Shown piece by piece: positions 1 through 10,108 of a stretch of 64,000 bases of DNA. Source of the stretch: Candidatus Krumholzibacteriales bacterium. GTDB taxonomy: Bacteria > Krumholzibacteriota > Krumholzibacteriia > Krumholzibacteriales > WJIX01. A program made the position numbers and the translations under genes. Where the stretch lies: assembly GCA_046483305.1 (NCBI GenBank), contig JAWODM010000068.1, positions 1 through 64,000 on the forward strand, written 5' to 3'. The notes below the pieces were generated by a model. The model saw only the letters and a list, made by a program, of their open reading frames with translations, ran no database searches and had not been told where the DNA came from. Within the stretch, counting starts at the first letter, position 1. Every line of letters starts with the position of its first letter.

Positions 1-1199
1 GCGGCTCCTCCCGCCAGCCCGCTGAGGTCGGCCTCGAAGGTGGCTACTATGGTAGTGTCATCATCCCAGGGCGTGATATCCAGCAGATAGTTGTCGGGAG
101 GCACCGACAGGTAACCGGTCATATCGCCGTAAGCCGCGTCGTCGACCAGTTTGGCCACATCCCTGGCGTAGATATCCACGGTTGGAGCGTCGGTGGAGCC
201 GTGAAGCGCGAAGAAATCGACCATCGCCGTGTCGGCGGCCATCTCCCGTGCGCCCTCTTTAACGAACAGGTCAAACCCGATATCCCTGCCGTCCGGGTTG
301 GCGGCAAAGGCGAAGGGATCCAGCACGCCATTGGCAAAAACAACATACCTTTCATTAGGCATAAGCGTTACTTCGAAATCGGCCACTACGTCATCGACCG
401 ACATGCTGCTTCCGGGAGCAACTCCGACAATAATAGGCACTCCGGCCGGCACATCTATGAATGGCGTGGCCGTCCTGAAAGCAAAATCATCCAGCAGCAG
501 GTCGCCGTTGGCGTAAACATCCACGGTGTCGGCCGCCGGGTCTGCGGCGTTATGAATCACCTGAAGCCGCGCGTAGGCGGGCGGGAGCATCCCCTTCAGC
601 TCTATCTGGCCCCGGATCTCTCCGCTGGCCATATCGCCCGGGCCGGTGTTATCCTCTCCCTCGCCGTCATCGGTATGAACGTTGACGTAGGTATTTCCTT
701 CGGCCATCTCCATTATCAGCTTCGAGAGCGGCTCGCCTTCCAGCGGGCCCATCAGATCGCCGGCAAGGATGCAACCCTGCCACAGCACCCCGTTCTGCCT
801 TCCCCCTCCGGGAGGAACCGGGCCGTAAAGGGTTGCCACCGGTGGGCCGTTCTCATCAGGCCCGCCCAGATGGATATGAGCGGCTACCACGTTATAAACA
901 TTGTTGACCACCAGGACATTGACCCGCAGGCTGTCATACAACTCGTTGATATGGGCCACGAAGTTCCCCACCCCCCTGGGGCCTCCCGGATAATATACCG
1001 GGGGCACTTCGTTCTCACCCCTCAACTGGGCCTTGAATACGTGCTCGTATTCTTCCTCGTTATCCTTATCTCTTTTTCCGTTCCTGAACTTGTCTCTGAT
1101 CACAAGCCCCTGATCGTCCCTGCCGCCGGCGGCAATCGCCGGAACCGACAGAATGGAGATCAGCAGAATTAATGTAAGGGAAAATTTAAAGTATTTCAT
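1..1199 (-). CDS. Secreted CHRD-domain + DUF4397-like protein (3' end outside window; missing from ORF track)
   Basis: Manual translation from ATG at 1199 (GGAGG upstream): signal peptide MKYFKFSLTLILLISILSVPAIA; CHRD motifs AQLRGENEVPPV, AAHIH, YVNVHT, GEIRGQI; then ARLQVIHNAADPAADTVDVY and HGSTDAPTVDI, typical of DUF4397. Confidence 0.85.
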   Translation of the reverse strand, partial: MKYFKFSLTLILLISILSVPAIAAGGRDDQGLVIRDKFRNGKRDKDNEEEYEHVFKAQLRGENEVPPVYYPGGPRGVGNFVAHINELYDSLRVNVLVVNNVYNVVAAHIHLGGPDENGPPVATLYGPVPPGGGRQNGVLWQGCILAGDLMGPLEGEPLSKLIMEMAEGNTYVNVHTDDGEGEDNTGPGDMASGEIRGQIELKGMLPPAYARLQVIHNAADPAADTVDVYANGDLLLDDFAFRTATPFIDVPAGVPIIVGVAPGSSMSVDDVVADFEVTLMPNERYVVFANGVLDPFAFAANPDGRDIGFDLFVKEGAREMAADTAMVDFFALHGSTDAPTVDIYARDVAKLVDDAAYGDMTGYLSVPPDNYLLDITPWDDDTTIVATFEADLSGLAGGA

Positions 1200-1390
1200 T
1201 TTTCCCCTCCTTTGCGTTCATCTAAGCATTAGACACTGATTTAGCGGCTACTCCGCCCTTCCCCCTGTTTCCGGGAAAACGGGGGGGGTGGGAAAGCACC
1301 CAATCTATCAACCAACTGCCCTTCAGGTTTCCCTGAAAAGCGGAAAAATTTCTTCATTACTGAAAAGAATTCCTCATCACTTTAATTGCC

Positions 1391-1420
1391 ATTATAAAAC
1401 GGGTGGGCGGATTTATTCAA
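1391..1420 (-). promoter_or_regulatory. sigma70-like promoter for the CHRD gene
   Basis: TTGAAT-18 nt-TATAAT on minus strand, about 190 nt upstream of the ATG. Confidence 0.55.
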
Positions 1421-1572
1421 GTATTAATATTATTACTTTACAGGATAAATAGATGCACCATTATCTGCGGCGTGATATAATTACATTGGTTTGATATTTG
1501 CATGGAACACGCACCAGTCAGCAGGGCCGGACAATCAGGTTCCCGGCCTGAATCAATCATTTTATAAGGGAG

Positions 1573-1932
1573 TTGATGATGGATTGCAAGGAGAGGTTGC
1601 TGGAGGTGTTGGATGAATGCGGCGAGGCAGCTGTTTTCTACCATGACATGAACATCACCGCCGCCAACGAAAGGTTCGCCCGGCTGTTCGGAAAAACAGT
1701 CGAAGAATGCGAGGGGCTGTCGATCCTGGATATCTGCCACAACGATTCTACCGAGAGGATCAAGGATAACATCCACCGCAGAAAACTGGGCGATCACAAC
1801 GTGCCGATGCATTACGAGGCGAAGTTCGTTACTCCGGACAACCCGGAGCTGAGCCTGGTTCTGACAGTCCTTAAACTGAAAAAAGCCAGGGACGGCATCC
1901 TGGTAATAGTCCGGGAGAAGGCGGGCCAGTAA
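1573..1932 (+). CDS. Stand-alone PAS-domain protein (start may be ATG 1576 or 1579)
   Basis: ANERFARLFGKTVEECEGLSILDICH PAS signature and terminal GILVIVRE strand; AAGGGGAG RBS. Confidence 0.8.
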   Translation: MMMDCKERLLEVLDECGEAAVFYHDMNITAANERFARLFGKTVEECEGLSILDICHNDSTERIKDNIHRRKLGDHNVPMHYEAKFVTPDNPELSLVLTVLKLKKARDGILVIVREKAGQ

Positions 1933-1940
1933 AAATATAC

Positions 1941-1981
1941 GGGGAAATCTGCCAGCGGGTAATCCCCGGCAGATAAACTCC
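1941..1981. terminator. Inverted repeat between convergent PAS gene and cysS
   Basis: ATCTGCC...GGCAGAT arms enclosing GGG-TAAT-CCC. Confidence 0.45.
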
Positions 1982-2076
1982 TGAACCATCTATCCGGAAC
2001 CATATCCTGCCGGTTCCGGCAAAGGGCTGACTGTAATTCCCTGTCAGATGAAATTCCCGAGATTCGCCCGCGGACT

Positions 2077-3513
2077 CTAACGGGCCGGCTTGACCCTGGC
2101 TCCGCCGGGGCCGTCCTCAATCACATAACCGAGCTCCTGGACCCGGTCTCTCAGCCGGTCCGCCTTCTCCCAGTCCCGGTCCTTCCTGGCCTGGTCCCTT
2201 TCCCGGACCAGTTTCATTACCTCGTCCGGAATCTCCGCCTCCGCGGCGGGCAGCCCGTCCCTGAACAGGCCCAGAATGGTGTTGAACCTCCCCATTACCT
2301 CCAGGATCTTCTCCGCGGTATCCGGATGCGAGGCCAGGTCGGCCTCCGGCATACTCCTTACCCGGTTAAACTCTCTTACCAGGTGGAATACATGCCCGAT
2401 CGCCTCGGCGCTGTTGAAATCGTCGTCCATCGCCTCCATGAACCTTTTTTCTGTCTCCCCGGCAAGCTCCTCCAGCCGCCGGAGCTCTTCGCTCCTGGCG
2501 GCAGAACCGGCTCCTTCGGCTCCGGCGACTTCATCCAGGTATACGCACATATTCCGGATCCTGTCCAGCCCTGCTCCGGCCTCCTCCAGCCGCTTCCTGC
2601 TGAACTCGGAGCGGCTGCGGAAATGGGTGGAGATCAGGTAGAACCTGATCACCTCCCCGGAGAACTCCTCGTTCACATCAGTTATGGAGAAGAAATGACT
2701 GGTGGACTTGCTCATCTTCTCACCCTCCAGGTTGAGCAGCCCGTTGTGCATCCAGTAATTGACGAAACGCTCTCCGGTGGCCGCCTCGCTCTGGGCTATC
2801 TCGTTCTCGTGGTGGGGAAATACCAGGTCCTCTCCGCCGCCGTGCATGTCCAGGGTCTTCCCCAGGTATTTCATGGACATCGCCGAACACTCTATGTGCC
2901 ATCCCGGCCTGCCCCTGCCCCAGGGGGAATCCCAGTACGGCTCCCCTTCCTTGGCCGACTTCCAGAGGGTGAAATCGAGCGGGTCTTCCTTGTTTTCCCC
3001 CTCCGCTATACGCGCCCCCACCATCAGGTCATCGATCTTCCTGCCGGAGAGCTTTCCGTATTCGCCGAACTTTCTTACCCTGTAATAGACATCCCCGCCG
3101 GCCGCATAGGCAAAACCCTTTTCTTCCAGAGTCTTTATAAGATTAATTATATCTTCAACATGCTCGGTCGCCCTGGGATAGATATCGGCCCTCTTTATGT
3201 TGAGAAGATCGGACGCCCTGAAGTAGCTCTCTATGTTCCTCTCCGCCAGCTCGGCCGGCTCTATCCCCATTTCATTCGCCCTGGTGATGATCTTGTCGTC
3301 CACATCGGTGAAATTCTGAACGTAGGTTACGTCGTAACCCTTGAATATCAGGTACCGCCTGATCACATCGGCGGACACGAATGCCAGCATATGCCCCACG
3401 TGAGGCTCACCCTGCACGGTTATTCCGCAGAAATAGATTCCCACCCGGTTGTCGTCCAGCGGTTTGAATTCCTCTTTCCTGCCTGTGAACCTGTTGTATA
3501 CTCTCAAAGCCAT
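2077..3513 (-). CDS. cysS: Cysteine--tRNA ligase
   Basis: CGITV, HVGH, GRPGWHIECSAM, HGGGEDLVFPHHENE, KMSKS. Confidence 0.97.
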   Translation of the reverse strand: MALRVYNRFTGRKEEFKPLDDNRVGIYFCGITVQGEPHVGHMLAFVSADVIRRYLIFKGYDVTYVQNFTDVDDKIITRANEMGIEPAELAERNIESYFRASDLLNIKRADIYPRATEHVEDIINLIKTLEEKGFAYAAGGDVYYRVRKFGEYGKLSGRKIDDLMVGARIAEGENKEDPLDFTLWKSAKEGEPYWDSPWGRGRPGWHIECSAMSMKYLGKTLDMHGGGEDLVFPHHENEIAQSEAATGERFVNYWMHNGLLNLEGEKMSKSTSHFFSITDVNEEFSGEVIRFYLISTHFRSRSEFSRKRLEEAGAGLDRIRNMCVYLDEVAGAEGAGSAARSEELRRLEELAGETEKRFMEAMDDDFNSAEAIGHVFHLVREFNRVRSMPEADLASHPDTAEKILEVMGRFNTILGLFRDGLPAAEAEIPDEVMKLVRERDQARKDRDWEKADRLRDRVQELGYVIEDGPGGARVKPAR

Positions 3514-3543
3514 TATTGGACTCCCCTTTTCATCCTTTCAGAT

Positions 3544-4620
3544 TCATGCCAGTCCGGACACCGCCTTATCGTCGAGCTTCATTATCAGCCTCACCAGGAG
3601 CCGGACCGTATTCTCGAAATCCCTGCGGTCCAGGATTCCCCCGCCACTGTGAATATACCTGGTAGGTATGCTCAGCACAATAGTAGGAACGCCCGACCTG
3701 CTCAGGTGGAATTTCCCGCCGTCGGTGCCTCCGTAGGGAGTGGCGCTGAAGTAGTACTCTATTTCCTCCTTCTCCGCCACCGAGACCACCAGGTCGCGAA
3801 GGGCGCGGTTGGGGATCAGCGAAGCGTCGAACACCGATATCGATACCCCCTTGCCCAGCCGGTCCATCCCCCCCTTGGGAGCCCCCGGAATATCCTGAGC
3901 AATACCCACATCCACGGCCAGGCAGACATCGGGGTTGACGTGGTGAACGCTGGTCTCGGCCCCTCTGAGCCCTACCTCCTCCTGCACCGTTCCCACTCCG
4001 AACACCGCGCACGGCGGTTTCTCGCCGCTGAGCCTGGTCAGGGTCTCCACCACCGCCATACACCCTATCCGGTTGTCCCAGGCCTTGGCCATATAGGTAT
4101 TCCCGTTAATCAGGGGAGTGAAAGGGGAATCCGGCACCACCGGGTCGCCCGGTTTTATCCCCAGCCCGGCCGGCTCCTCGTCGCCGGTCAGCCCTACGTC
4201 GATAAACAGATCTGTCTTTTTCGGCACTTTCTTTCTCTCGTCGCCCTCCATATGAAAGGGGCTCCTGGAGGCAACAACCCCCCGGATATCCTTATCCGCG
4301 GTCTTGATGACCACCGGAAGCCCTATCATCCTGGGCGCCCACCATCCCCCCACCACCGCAAACCTGACGAAATTATCGGTAAAATGAGAAACCATCATCC
4401 CCACCTCATCCATATGCCCGGCCAGCATGATCCTGGGCGATTCCCCTCCGGCGGTAAGCTTTCCTATGAAAGAGCCCAGCTTGTCTCTTCCCACCTCCAC
4501 TATCTCTTCCAGGTACTTTTCCATCAGCGAAAAGACCTCCCCCTCGTCCCCGGACACACCGGCCGCCTCGGTAAACTCCTTCATCATCTTCTCAATACGG
4601 TCCATTTTTCCCTCCGTCAT
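3544..4620 (-). CDS. M42 family (TET-like) aminopeptidase
   Basis: AGHMDEVG, AKAWDNRIG, VQEEVGLRGA, GGTDG, RYIHS. Confidence 0.93.
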   Translation of the reverse strand: MTEGKMDRIEKMMKEFTEAAGVSGDEGEVFSLMEKYLEEIVEVGRDKLGSFIGKLTAGGESPRIMLAGHMDEVGMMVSHFTDNFVRFAVVGGWWAPRMIGLPVVIKTADKDIRGVVASRSPFHMEGDERKKVPKKTDLFIDVGLTGDEEPAGLGIKPGDPVVPDSPFTPLINGNTYMAKAWDNRIGCMAVVETLTRLSGEKPPCAVFGVGTVQEEVGLRGAETSVHHVNPDVCLAVDVGIAQDIPGAPKGGMDRLGKGVSISVFDASLIPNRALRDLVVSVAEKEEIEYYFSATPYGGTDGGKFHLSRSGVPTIVLSIPTRYIHSGGGILDRRDFENTVRLLVRLIMKLDDKAVSGLA

Positions 4621-4638
4621 CTCCTTATGAAATGATAA

Positions 4639-5664
4639 TCAACTGTTTATCTTTCCGGCCCGCTCCCGGGCCAGCCAGCATATCCTTTCCACCAGCTTTC
4701 CGAAATCGATCCCCCTCTCGGCGGCCGCCATCGGCACCAGAGAGAGCCCGGTCATTCCCGGCAGGGTGTTCAGCTCCAGGCAGTAGGGGTTATCATCCCC
4801 GTCCAGCCTGAAATCGACCCTGGCGTAATCGCGGCAGCACAGGGCCCGGAAGGTGGCAAGGGCCACCCGCTCCATCCGGGAGCGGCACTCTTCGCTGACC
4901 CTGGCCGGAACTATATATCTGCTGCACCCCTTGGTATATTTACATTTATAGTTATAGAACCCCCCCTCGGGGACTATCTCCACGGGAGGAAGGGCTTCGT
5001 CGCCCAGAATCGCCACCGTCAGTTCCCTCCCCGGTATGTACTTTTCTATCATCACTTCATCCTCGAACTCCGCGCCGGCGGCCACCGCCTCGGGGAGTTC
5101 TTCCGGCTCCCTGACAAAGGAGAATCCCACGCTGGATCCCTGAGAGTTCGGCTTTACCACCACCGGTAATCCCATCCTGTCTGAAACCATTTCCTGCAGC
5201 CTCTGATCGGTAATCCGGTTGCCGGTTTTCAGCAGAATATGATCGGCCACCGGAACTCCCGCTTCCCGCATCAGCGCCTTGGAGCGGTCTTTGTTCATGG
5301 CCAGCCCGCTTCCCAGCACTCCCGCGCCGGTGTAGACGGCTCCGGCGCTCTCCAGCAGCGCCTGGATGGTGCCGTCCTCGCCCCGGCCGCCGTGAAGAGC
5401 GTTAAAGACAACATCCGCCTTCAGAATTGCCGGGCTCCCCAGCCAGTCGAAAGCGCATTTCCGGTCCACCCGCGGGATTTTTCCGGGAGGTTCGGTGCCG
5501 ATCCCGATCTTCTTCAGGTCCAGACTGGTTCCGGGCGGCAGCGCCGGGTCCAGCGCCACGGTCCGGTGCCCCCTGTCCCTCAGCGCCTTTATTATCTCTC
5601 GGCCGCTGGACAGGGATACATCCCTCTCCGGAGAATCTCCGCCCAGAAGCACCGTAATATTCAT
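4639..5664 (-). CDS. ddl: D-alanine--D-alanine ligase
   Basis: GGDSPERDVSLSSG, LHGGRGEDG, GSSVG, YKCKY, ELNTLPGMT. Confidence 0.95.
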   Translation of the reverse strand: MNITVLLGGDSPERDVSLSSGREIIKALRDRGHRTVALDPALPPGTSLDLKKIGIGTEPPGKIPRVDRKCAFDWLGSPAILKADVVFNALHGGRGEDGTIQALLESAGAVYTGAGVLGSGLAMNKDRSKALMREAGVPVADHILLKTGNRITDQRLQEMVSDRMGLPVVVKPNSQGSSVGFSFVREPEELPEAVAAGAEFEDEVMIEKYIPGRELTVAILGDEALPPVEIVPEGGFYNYKCKYTKGCSRYIVPARVSEECRSRMERVALATFRALCCRDYARVDFRLDGDDNPYCLELNTLPGMTGLSLVPMAAAERGIDFGKLVERICWLARERAGKINS

Positions 5665-5705
5665 AACTCAGTCATTCCTTCCGCCGGCTTCAAAATTCAT
5701 GAAAG

Positions 5706-7148
5706 TTATCCTGCCTTTATCCGTTCCCGGGCCTGTTTCAACCCTTCGATTATATCCTCTCTGCCCTTTATCCTTATTATGGATGCAAGATCCGGCCCCT
5801 CCATCCGGCCGGTAATGGCGGCTCTCAGCGGCACATAGAGGTCCCTGCCCCCGGCTCCGCTCTTCTTGCCCGCTTCCCTGATGGCCGCTCTGATATCGTC
5901 CCGCTCCCACCCGCTGAAACTCTCCAGGTTGACTATCAGGGCGTCTATCAGATCTTCCTTTCCGGAGAGAGCCTCCAGGGCTTCGGGACTGAAGCTGATC
6001 TTCCCGGGCGAGAAAACCGCCGCCTCCTCCTCTATATCAGAGAATTTCGATATGCTTTCCGAGACAAGCCTGAATATCATCCTCAACTCATCCTCGGTAT
6101 ACCGATTGCCGAAGGAGTCCGGAAAATATTTACGGGCCTGCTCAAAATACCTCTCCACCCCGCCCCCGGTGATGTGCCTGGAGGAGACCCAGTTCATCTT
6201 GGTCCGGTCGAAGATGCTGGGGGACCCGGACACCCTGTCCAGGGTGAATTCGGAGACTATCTGTTCTATCTCCATTATCTCGCTGCCGGAGGGGCTGGAC
6301 CAGCCCAGCATGGAGAGGTAATTGACCACCGCGTTGGCGGGGTAGCCCTGCTTCCTGTAATCGCGAACATTGGGCGCCCCGTGCCGCTTGCTCAGCTTGG
6401 ACCGGTCGGGGCCCAGTATCAGGGGGATATGCGCGAACCGCGGCGTTTCCATCTCCAGGGCCTCGTATATCATAACCTGCCGCAGGGTATTGGAAAGGTG
6501 CTCATCGCCGCGTATCACGTGGGTTATCTTCATCAGGGCGTCGTCTATGGAAACGGCAAAGTTGTAGGTGGGCAGGCCGTTGGACCTCATTATCACGAAA
6601 TCCCCCACCATCCCCGGCGGGAAGACCACCTCTCCCTTGATAATATCATCGATCGCTCTCTCCCTGCCGGTATCCACCAGGAAATGGATGCTCTCGGGGA
6701 TCCCCGCCGACCTCTTCGCCTCAATCTCCTCGGGGCTGAGGTTGCGGCAGGTTCCGTCGTAACGGGGCGGAACCCCCTCTTTTCTCATCTTTTCGCGCTT
6801 CCGCTCCAGCTCCTCTTCGGAGCAGAAGCACGGATACGCGAAACCCCGGTCCACCAGGCGGCCGGCGTATTCACGGTAAATCTCCAGCCGGGCGGACTGC
6901 CGGTACGGGCCGTAATCTCCATCTTTTTCCGGGCCCTCGTCCCAGTCGATATGCAGCCACTTCAGATCCTCTATCAGCCCCTCTTCGAACTCCCCTGTGG
7001 ACCTTTCCCGGTCGGTATCCTCTATCCTCAGAATGAATCTGCCGCCCCGGTGCCTGGCGAACAGCCAGTTGAACAGAGCGGTGCGGGCGCCGCCCACGTG
7101 AAGGTAGCCGGTGGGGCTGGGCGCGAATCTTACTCTCACTTCATCCAT
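5706..7148 (-). CDS. gltX: Glutamate--tRNA ligase
   Basis: RFAPSPTGYLHVG, RIEDTD, YPCFC, KLSKRHG. Confidence 0.96.
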   Translation of the reverse strand: MDEVRVRFAPSPTGYLHVGGARTALFNWLFARHRGGRFILRIEDTDRERSTGEFEEGLIEDLKWLHIDWDEGPEKDGDYGPYRQSARLEIYREYAGRLVDRGFAYPCFCSEEELERKREKMRKEGVPPRYDGTCRNLSPEEIEAKRSAGIPESIHFLVDTGRERAIDDIIKGEVVFPPGMVGDFVIMRSNGLPTYNFAVSIDDALMKITHVIRGDEHLSNTLRQVMIYEALEMETPRFAHIPLILGPDRSKLSKRHGAPNVRDYRKQGYPANAVVNYLSMLGWSSPSGSEIMEIEQIVSEFTLDRVSGSPSIFDRTKMNWVSSRHITGGGVERYFEQARKYFPDSFGNRYTEDELRMIFRLVSESISKFSDIEEEAAVFSPGKISFSPEALEALSGKEDLIDALIVNLESFSGWERDDIRAAIREAGKKSGAGGRDLYVPLRAAITGRMEGPDLASIIRIKGREDIIEGLKQARERIKAG

Positions 7149-7178
7149 AATATCCTTTTTCCATCATAATGCAGTCAT

Positions 7179-7667
7179 CTATCCCGCGGGGGCCAGCAGC
7201 GCCACCGCCCGGGCCTCCATCGCCCTCTTTTCTCCCACCGGGCCCATCCCCTCACCCCTGGTGCATTTAACCGAGATCCTCTCCGGTTCTGTCCCCAGAG
7301 CTTCTGCGATTCTCTCCGACATGGCTCCGGTCATATCGGCCAGCCGGGGGGCTTCCGCAATGATAATGCAGTCGGCATTAACCAGCCGGTACCCGCTCTC
7401 TGAAACCATCCTCCCCACCCTCTCCAGCAGAATCATACTGGAGATATCCCGGTACTCTTCGGTCTCCGGGAAATGCCTCCCGATATCCCCGCGGTTCAAG
7501 GCTCCCAGCAGAGCGTCACAGAGGGCGTGGGTCAGAACATCCGCGTCGGAATGCCCGGCCAACCCCCTGATATAATCTATCCTGATCCCGCCCAGCACCA
7601 GGTCCCTGCCCGATGCCAGGGGGTGTATATCGTAACCGATCCCCACTCTGAGCTGTTCAGCTTCCAT
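7179..7667 (-). CDS. ispF: 2-C-methyl-D-erythritol 2,4-cyclodiphosphate synthase
   Basis: GIGYDIH, GHSDADVLTHALCDALLGA, GDIGRHF. Confidence 0.96.
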   Translation of the reverse strand: MEAEQLRVGIGYDIHPLASGRDLVLGGIRIDYIRGLAGHSDADVLTHALCDALLGALNRGDIGRHFPETEEYRDISSMILLERVGRMVSESGYRLVNADCIIIAEAPRLADMTGAMSERIAEALGTEPERISVKCTRGEGMGPVGEKRAMEARAVALLAPAG

Positions 7668-8383
7668 CAGCTACCCTCTGGCGGATCCATCTCCAGAATA
7701 TCAGCGGTGAGGAAACAGGTGGCCACCTCCAGGTCCTCTTCCACGGTAACCTTTATGTTCCAGAGCTCCCCCTCCAGGGCTCTCACCCGGTGGCCCGCTT
7801 TCAGAGCCAGGCTGCTCTCGTCGGTGGCAACCCTGATGGTCTCCTCGGCGGTGTCATAGGAACTGCGAAGCACCTCTGTCCTGAAGGCCTGGGGAGTCTG
7901 GATACATACCGCCCTCTCTCTTGGAACGATCCCCTCCAGCATCTTATCCTTGACCCTTGCCATGGTGTCGGTTACCTCCATGACCGGAACCGCCGCTCCA
8001 AATTCCCAGCCCGCTTCCACCACTCTGGCAATCAGCTTTCCGGAGACAAAGGGGCGGCAGGCGTCGTGTACCAGAACCAGGCCGGCATCGCCCACGGCCT
8101 TGAGGCCGATAGCCACCGACTGCTGCCTGGTATCCCCGCCAGCCATTACCCTGAACTCTATATCCGGTATATTTCTGCGGATCTTCTCTTCAGCCTCCTC
8201 CTCCCACCCGGATGGAACCAGGACGATGTACTCGGATATCCCCGGAAATTTGCTGATGCTCTCGATCGAACGGATAAACAGCTCCTTCCCCTCCACCGGG
8301 AAGAATCCCTTGGGGATTTTCTTGCCCAGTCTCTTGCCCCTTCCCGCTCCGGCCACAATGCAAACTATTCTGTCCTCTGACAT
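7667..8383 (-). CDS. ispD: 2-C-methyl-D-erythritol 4-phosphate cytidylyltransferase
   Basis: AGRGKR..PK, GGDTRQQSV, VHDACRP, QTPQAF, NIKVT; adjacent to ispF. Confidence 0.95.
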   Translation of the reverse strand: MSEDRIVCIVAGAGRGKRLGKKIPKGFFPVEGKELFIRSIESISKFPGISEYIVLVPSGWEEEAEEKIRRNIPDIEFRVMAGGDTRQQSVAIGLKAVGDAGLVLVHDACRPFVSGKLIARVVEAGWEFGAAVPVMEVTDTMARVKDKMLEGIVPRERAVCIQTPQAFRTEVLRSSYDTAEETIRVATDESSLALKAGHRVRALEGELWNIKVTVEEDLEVATCFLTADILEMDPPEGS

Positions 8384-8407
8384 CGGTTACTCCATTCTCT
8401 ATCAAAA

Positions 8408-9304
8408 TCAAAAGATCGATAATTTCAGGTACTTTCCAGGATTTTCCTCTATGTCATCTATCAGTTTCTGCAGGGAATCGATAGTGCTCTCCAGCTTGTC
8501 CAGCACCTCGCGCTCGCTGAGAAGGGCTCCCGCGGTGTTTTCCTCAGAGTTCAGCCTTCTGGAAACCTCCAGCAGCAGGCTGGAAAGGGTATCCATCCTG
8601 GCCGCCGTTGACGGCATACTGACCGCCGCCGAGTCCAGCCTGCTGATCATCCGGTCCAGTCCGGCGGCGTTTCTGCCCAGCAGGCTGTCCGCGGCTATCG
8701 CCGAACTTCTGAACGCGGAAACCCCCCGCTTGAAATCCGGGGAGGTATCCGCTATCAGCTCTCTCAGTTCCCCGGCGGCGGAGGAAAGGTTTGCCAGGGA
8801 CTTCTTCAGGTTGTCGTCGTCGGTCAGAATATCCAGCACCCTCTCCACACTGGTGGCAAGTTCCCGCAGGTCCTCGAACATCCCGGTGAGGGTTCCGAAT
8901 GTTTCCGAAAGCCCCGGTTCGTAATAACCCTTTAACCTGTCCCCCTCCTGAATAAGCTCCTCCGACTCGCCTCTCCTTATTGAGACCACCCTCTCGCCCA
9001 GCATCCCCGCCGCGCTGAGATGCACCCTGGAATCAACAGGCAGCACCGTCCCCACATCGATCCGCATCTCAACCTCCACGAACTTTTCTCCAAGAGTAAC
9101 GGACTTTACCACACCCCTCTCCACTCCGTCAACATTAACGGCATCTCCCTCGCTGATACCCCCCACCATGGGGAATTCAGCATAGATCCCGAAACTCTCG
9201 TTCCTCAGTTTGAACCCTCCCAGCCACATCATCCCCACCACAAAAACAATGAACGAGATAAATATGGTAATCCCGACTTTGAGTTCCAGCGACTTTGTTT
9301 CCAT
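8408..9304 (-). CDS. mlaD: MlaD/MCE-family substrate-binding protein
   Basis: N-terminal TM helix, MCE motif GISEGDAVNVDGVERGVV, helical C-terminus; follows mlaEF. Confidence 0.88.
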   Translation of the reverse strand: METKSLELKVGITIFISFIVFVVGMMWLGGFKLRNESFGIYAEFPMVGGISEGDAVNVDGVERGVVKSVTLGEKFVEVEMRIDVGTVLPVDSRVHLSAAGMLGERVVSIRRGESEELIQEGDRLKGYYEPGLSETFGTLTGMFEDLRELATSVERVLDILTDDDNLKKSLANLSSAAGELRELIADTSPDFKRGVSAFRSSAIAADSLLGRNAAGLDRMISRLDSAAVSMPSTAARMDTLSSLLLEVSRRLNSEENTAGALLSEREVLDKLESTIDSLQKLIDDIEENPGKYLKLSIF

Positions 9305-9307
9305 TAT

Positions 9308-10075
9308 CTACTCCCGCTGCGTCTTTTCACCGGCATCTCTGCCTCCGTTAATAAATCTCTTTACCGTCTCGTTATCCGTCTGCTGAACCTGCTGCGGGCT
9401 TCCCTCGAAAATAATCTTCCCATCGTGGAGCATCGCTATACAGTCGCCCACCATGTAGGCGCTCGGTATATCGTGAGTCACCACGATAGAGGTAATATCC
9501 AGATTCTTCTGCAGGTCCAGGATCAGCCTGCTTATCACACCGGCCATCACCGGGTCCAGCCCGGTGGTTGGCTCGTCATACAGAACTACCTCCGGGTCCA
9601 TCACCACCGCCCTGGCCAGGGCGACCCTCTTTTTCATCCCCCCGCTGAGCTCGGCCGGATACTTATCCGTTACACCGGCCAGCCCCACCAGGTCCAGCTT
9701 CTCCAGCACAACCTTCTCTACCTGGTCGTCGGTAAGGTCGGTGTGTTTGACCAGGGGCAGGGCCACATTTTCGCCCACCGACATGGAATCGAACAGCGCC
9801 GACCCCTGGAAAAGCATACCAAAGCTCATCCTCATTTTAAACAGCTCTTCCCTGGTAAATTCTGTAATATTTTCTCCCTTGAACAGTATCTCACCGCTGT
9901 CCGGTTTAATCAACCCGGTAATATTCTTCAGCAGAACGCTCTTGCCGCAGCCGCTTCCCCCCATTACCACCAGGGTCTCTCCCCTGCAGATATTCAGGTT
10001 GACCCCGTCCAGCACCAGGTTATCCTCGAACTTTTTCCTGAGTTCCCTGATCTTTATGATGACTTCCGGACGCAA
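9308..10075 (-). CDS. mlaF: MlaF-type ABC ATPase
   Basis: GGSGCGKS, LFQGSALFDS, LSGGMKKRV, YDEPTTGLDP. Confidence 0.92.
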   Translation of the reverse strand: MRPEVIIKIRELRKKFEDNLVLDGVNLNICRGETLVVMGGSGCGKSVLLKNITGLIKPDSGEILFKGENITEFTREELFKMRMSFGMLFQGSALFDSMSVGENVALPLVKHTDLTDDQVEKVVLEKLDLVGLAGVTDKYPAELSGGMKKRVALARAVVMDPEVVLYDEPTTGLDPVMAGVISRLILDLQKNLDITSIVVTHDIPSAYMVGDCIAMLHDGKIIFEGSPQQVQQTDNETVKRFINGGRDAGEKTQRE

Positions 10076-10108
10076 TATCTGATCCCTTCAAACTCTAATC
10101 AATATAAT

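Noticed and set aside
2326..4635. 769-aa plus-strand ORF and similar long antisense ORFs (201-1172, 9020-10381, 49037-50104)
   Set aside because: Antisense shadows of well-supported genes in GC-rich DNA, with no recognisable motifs
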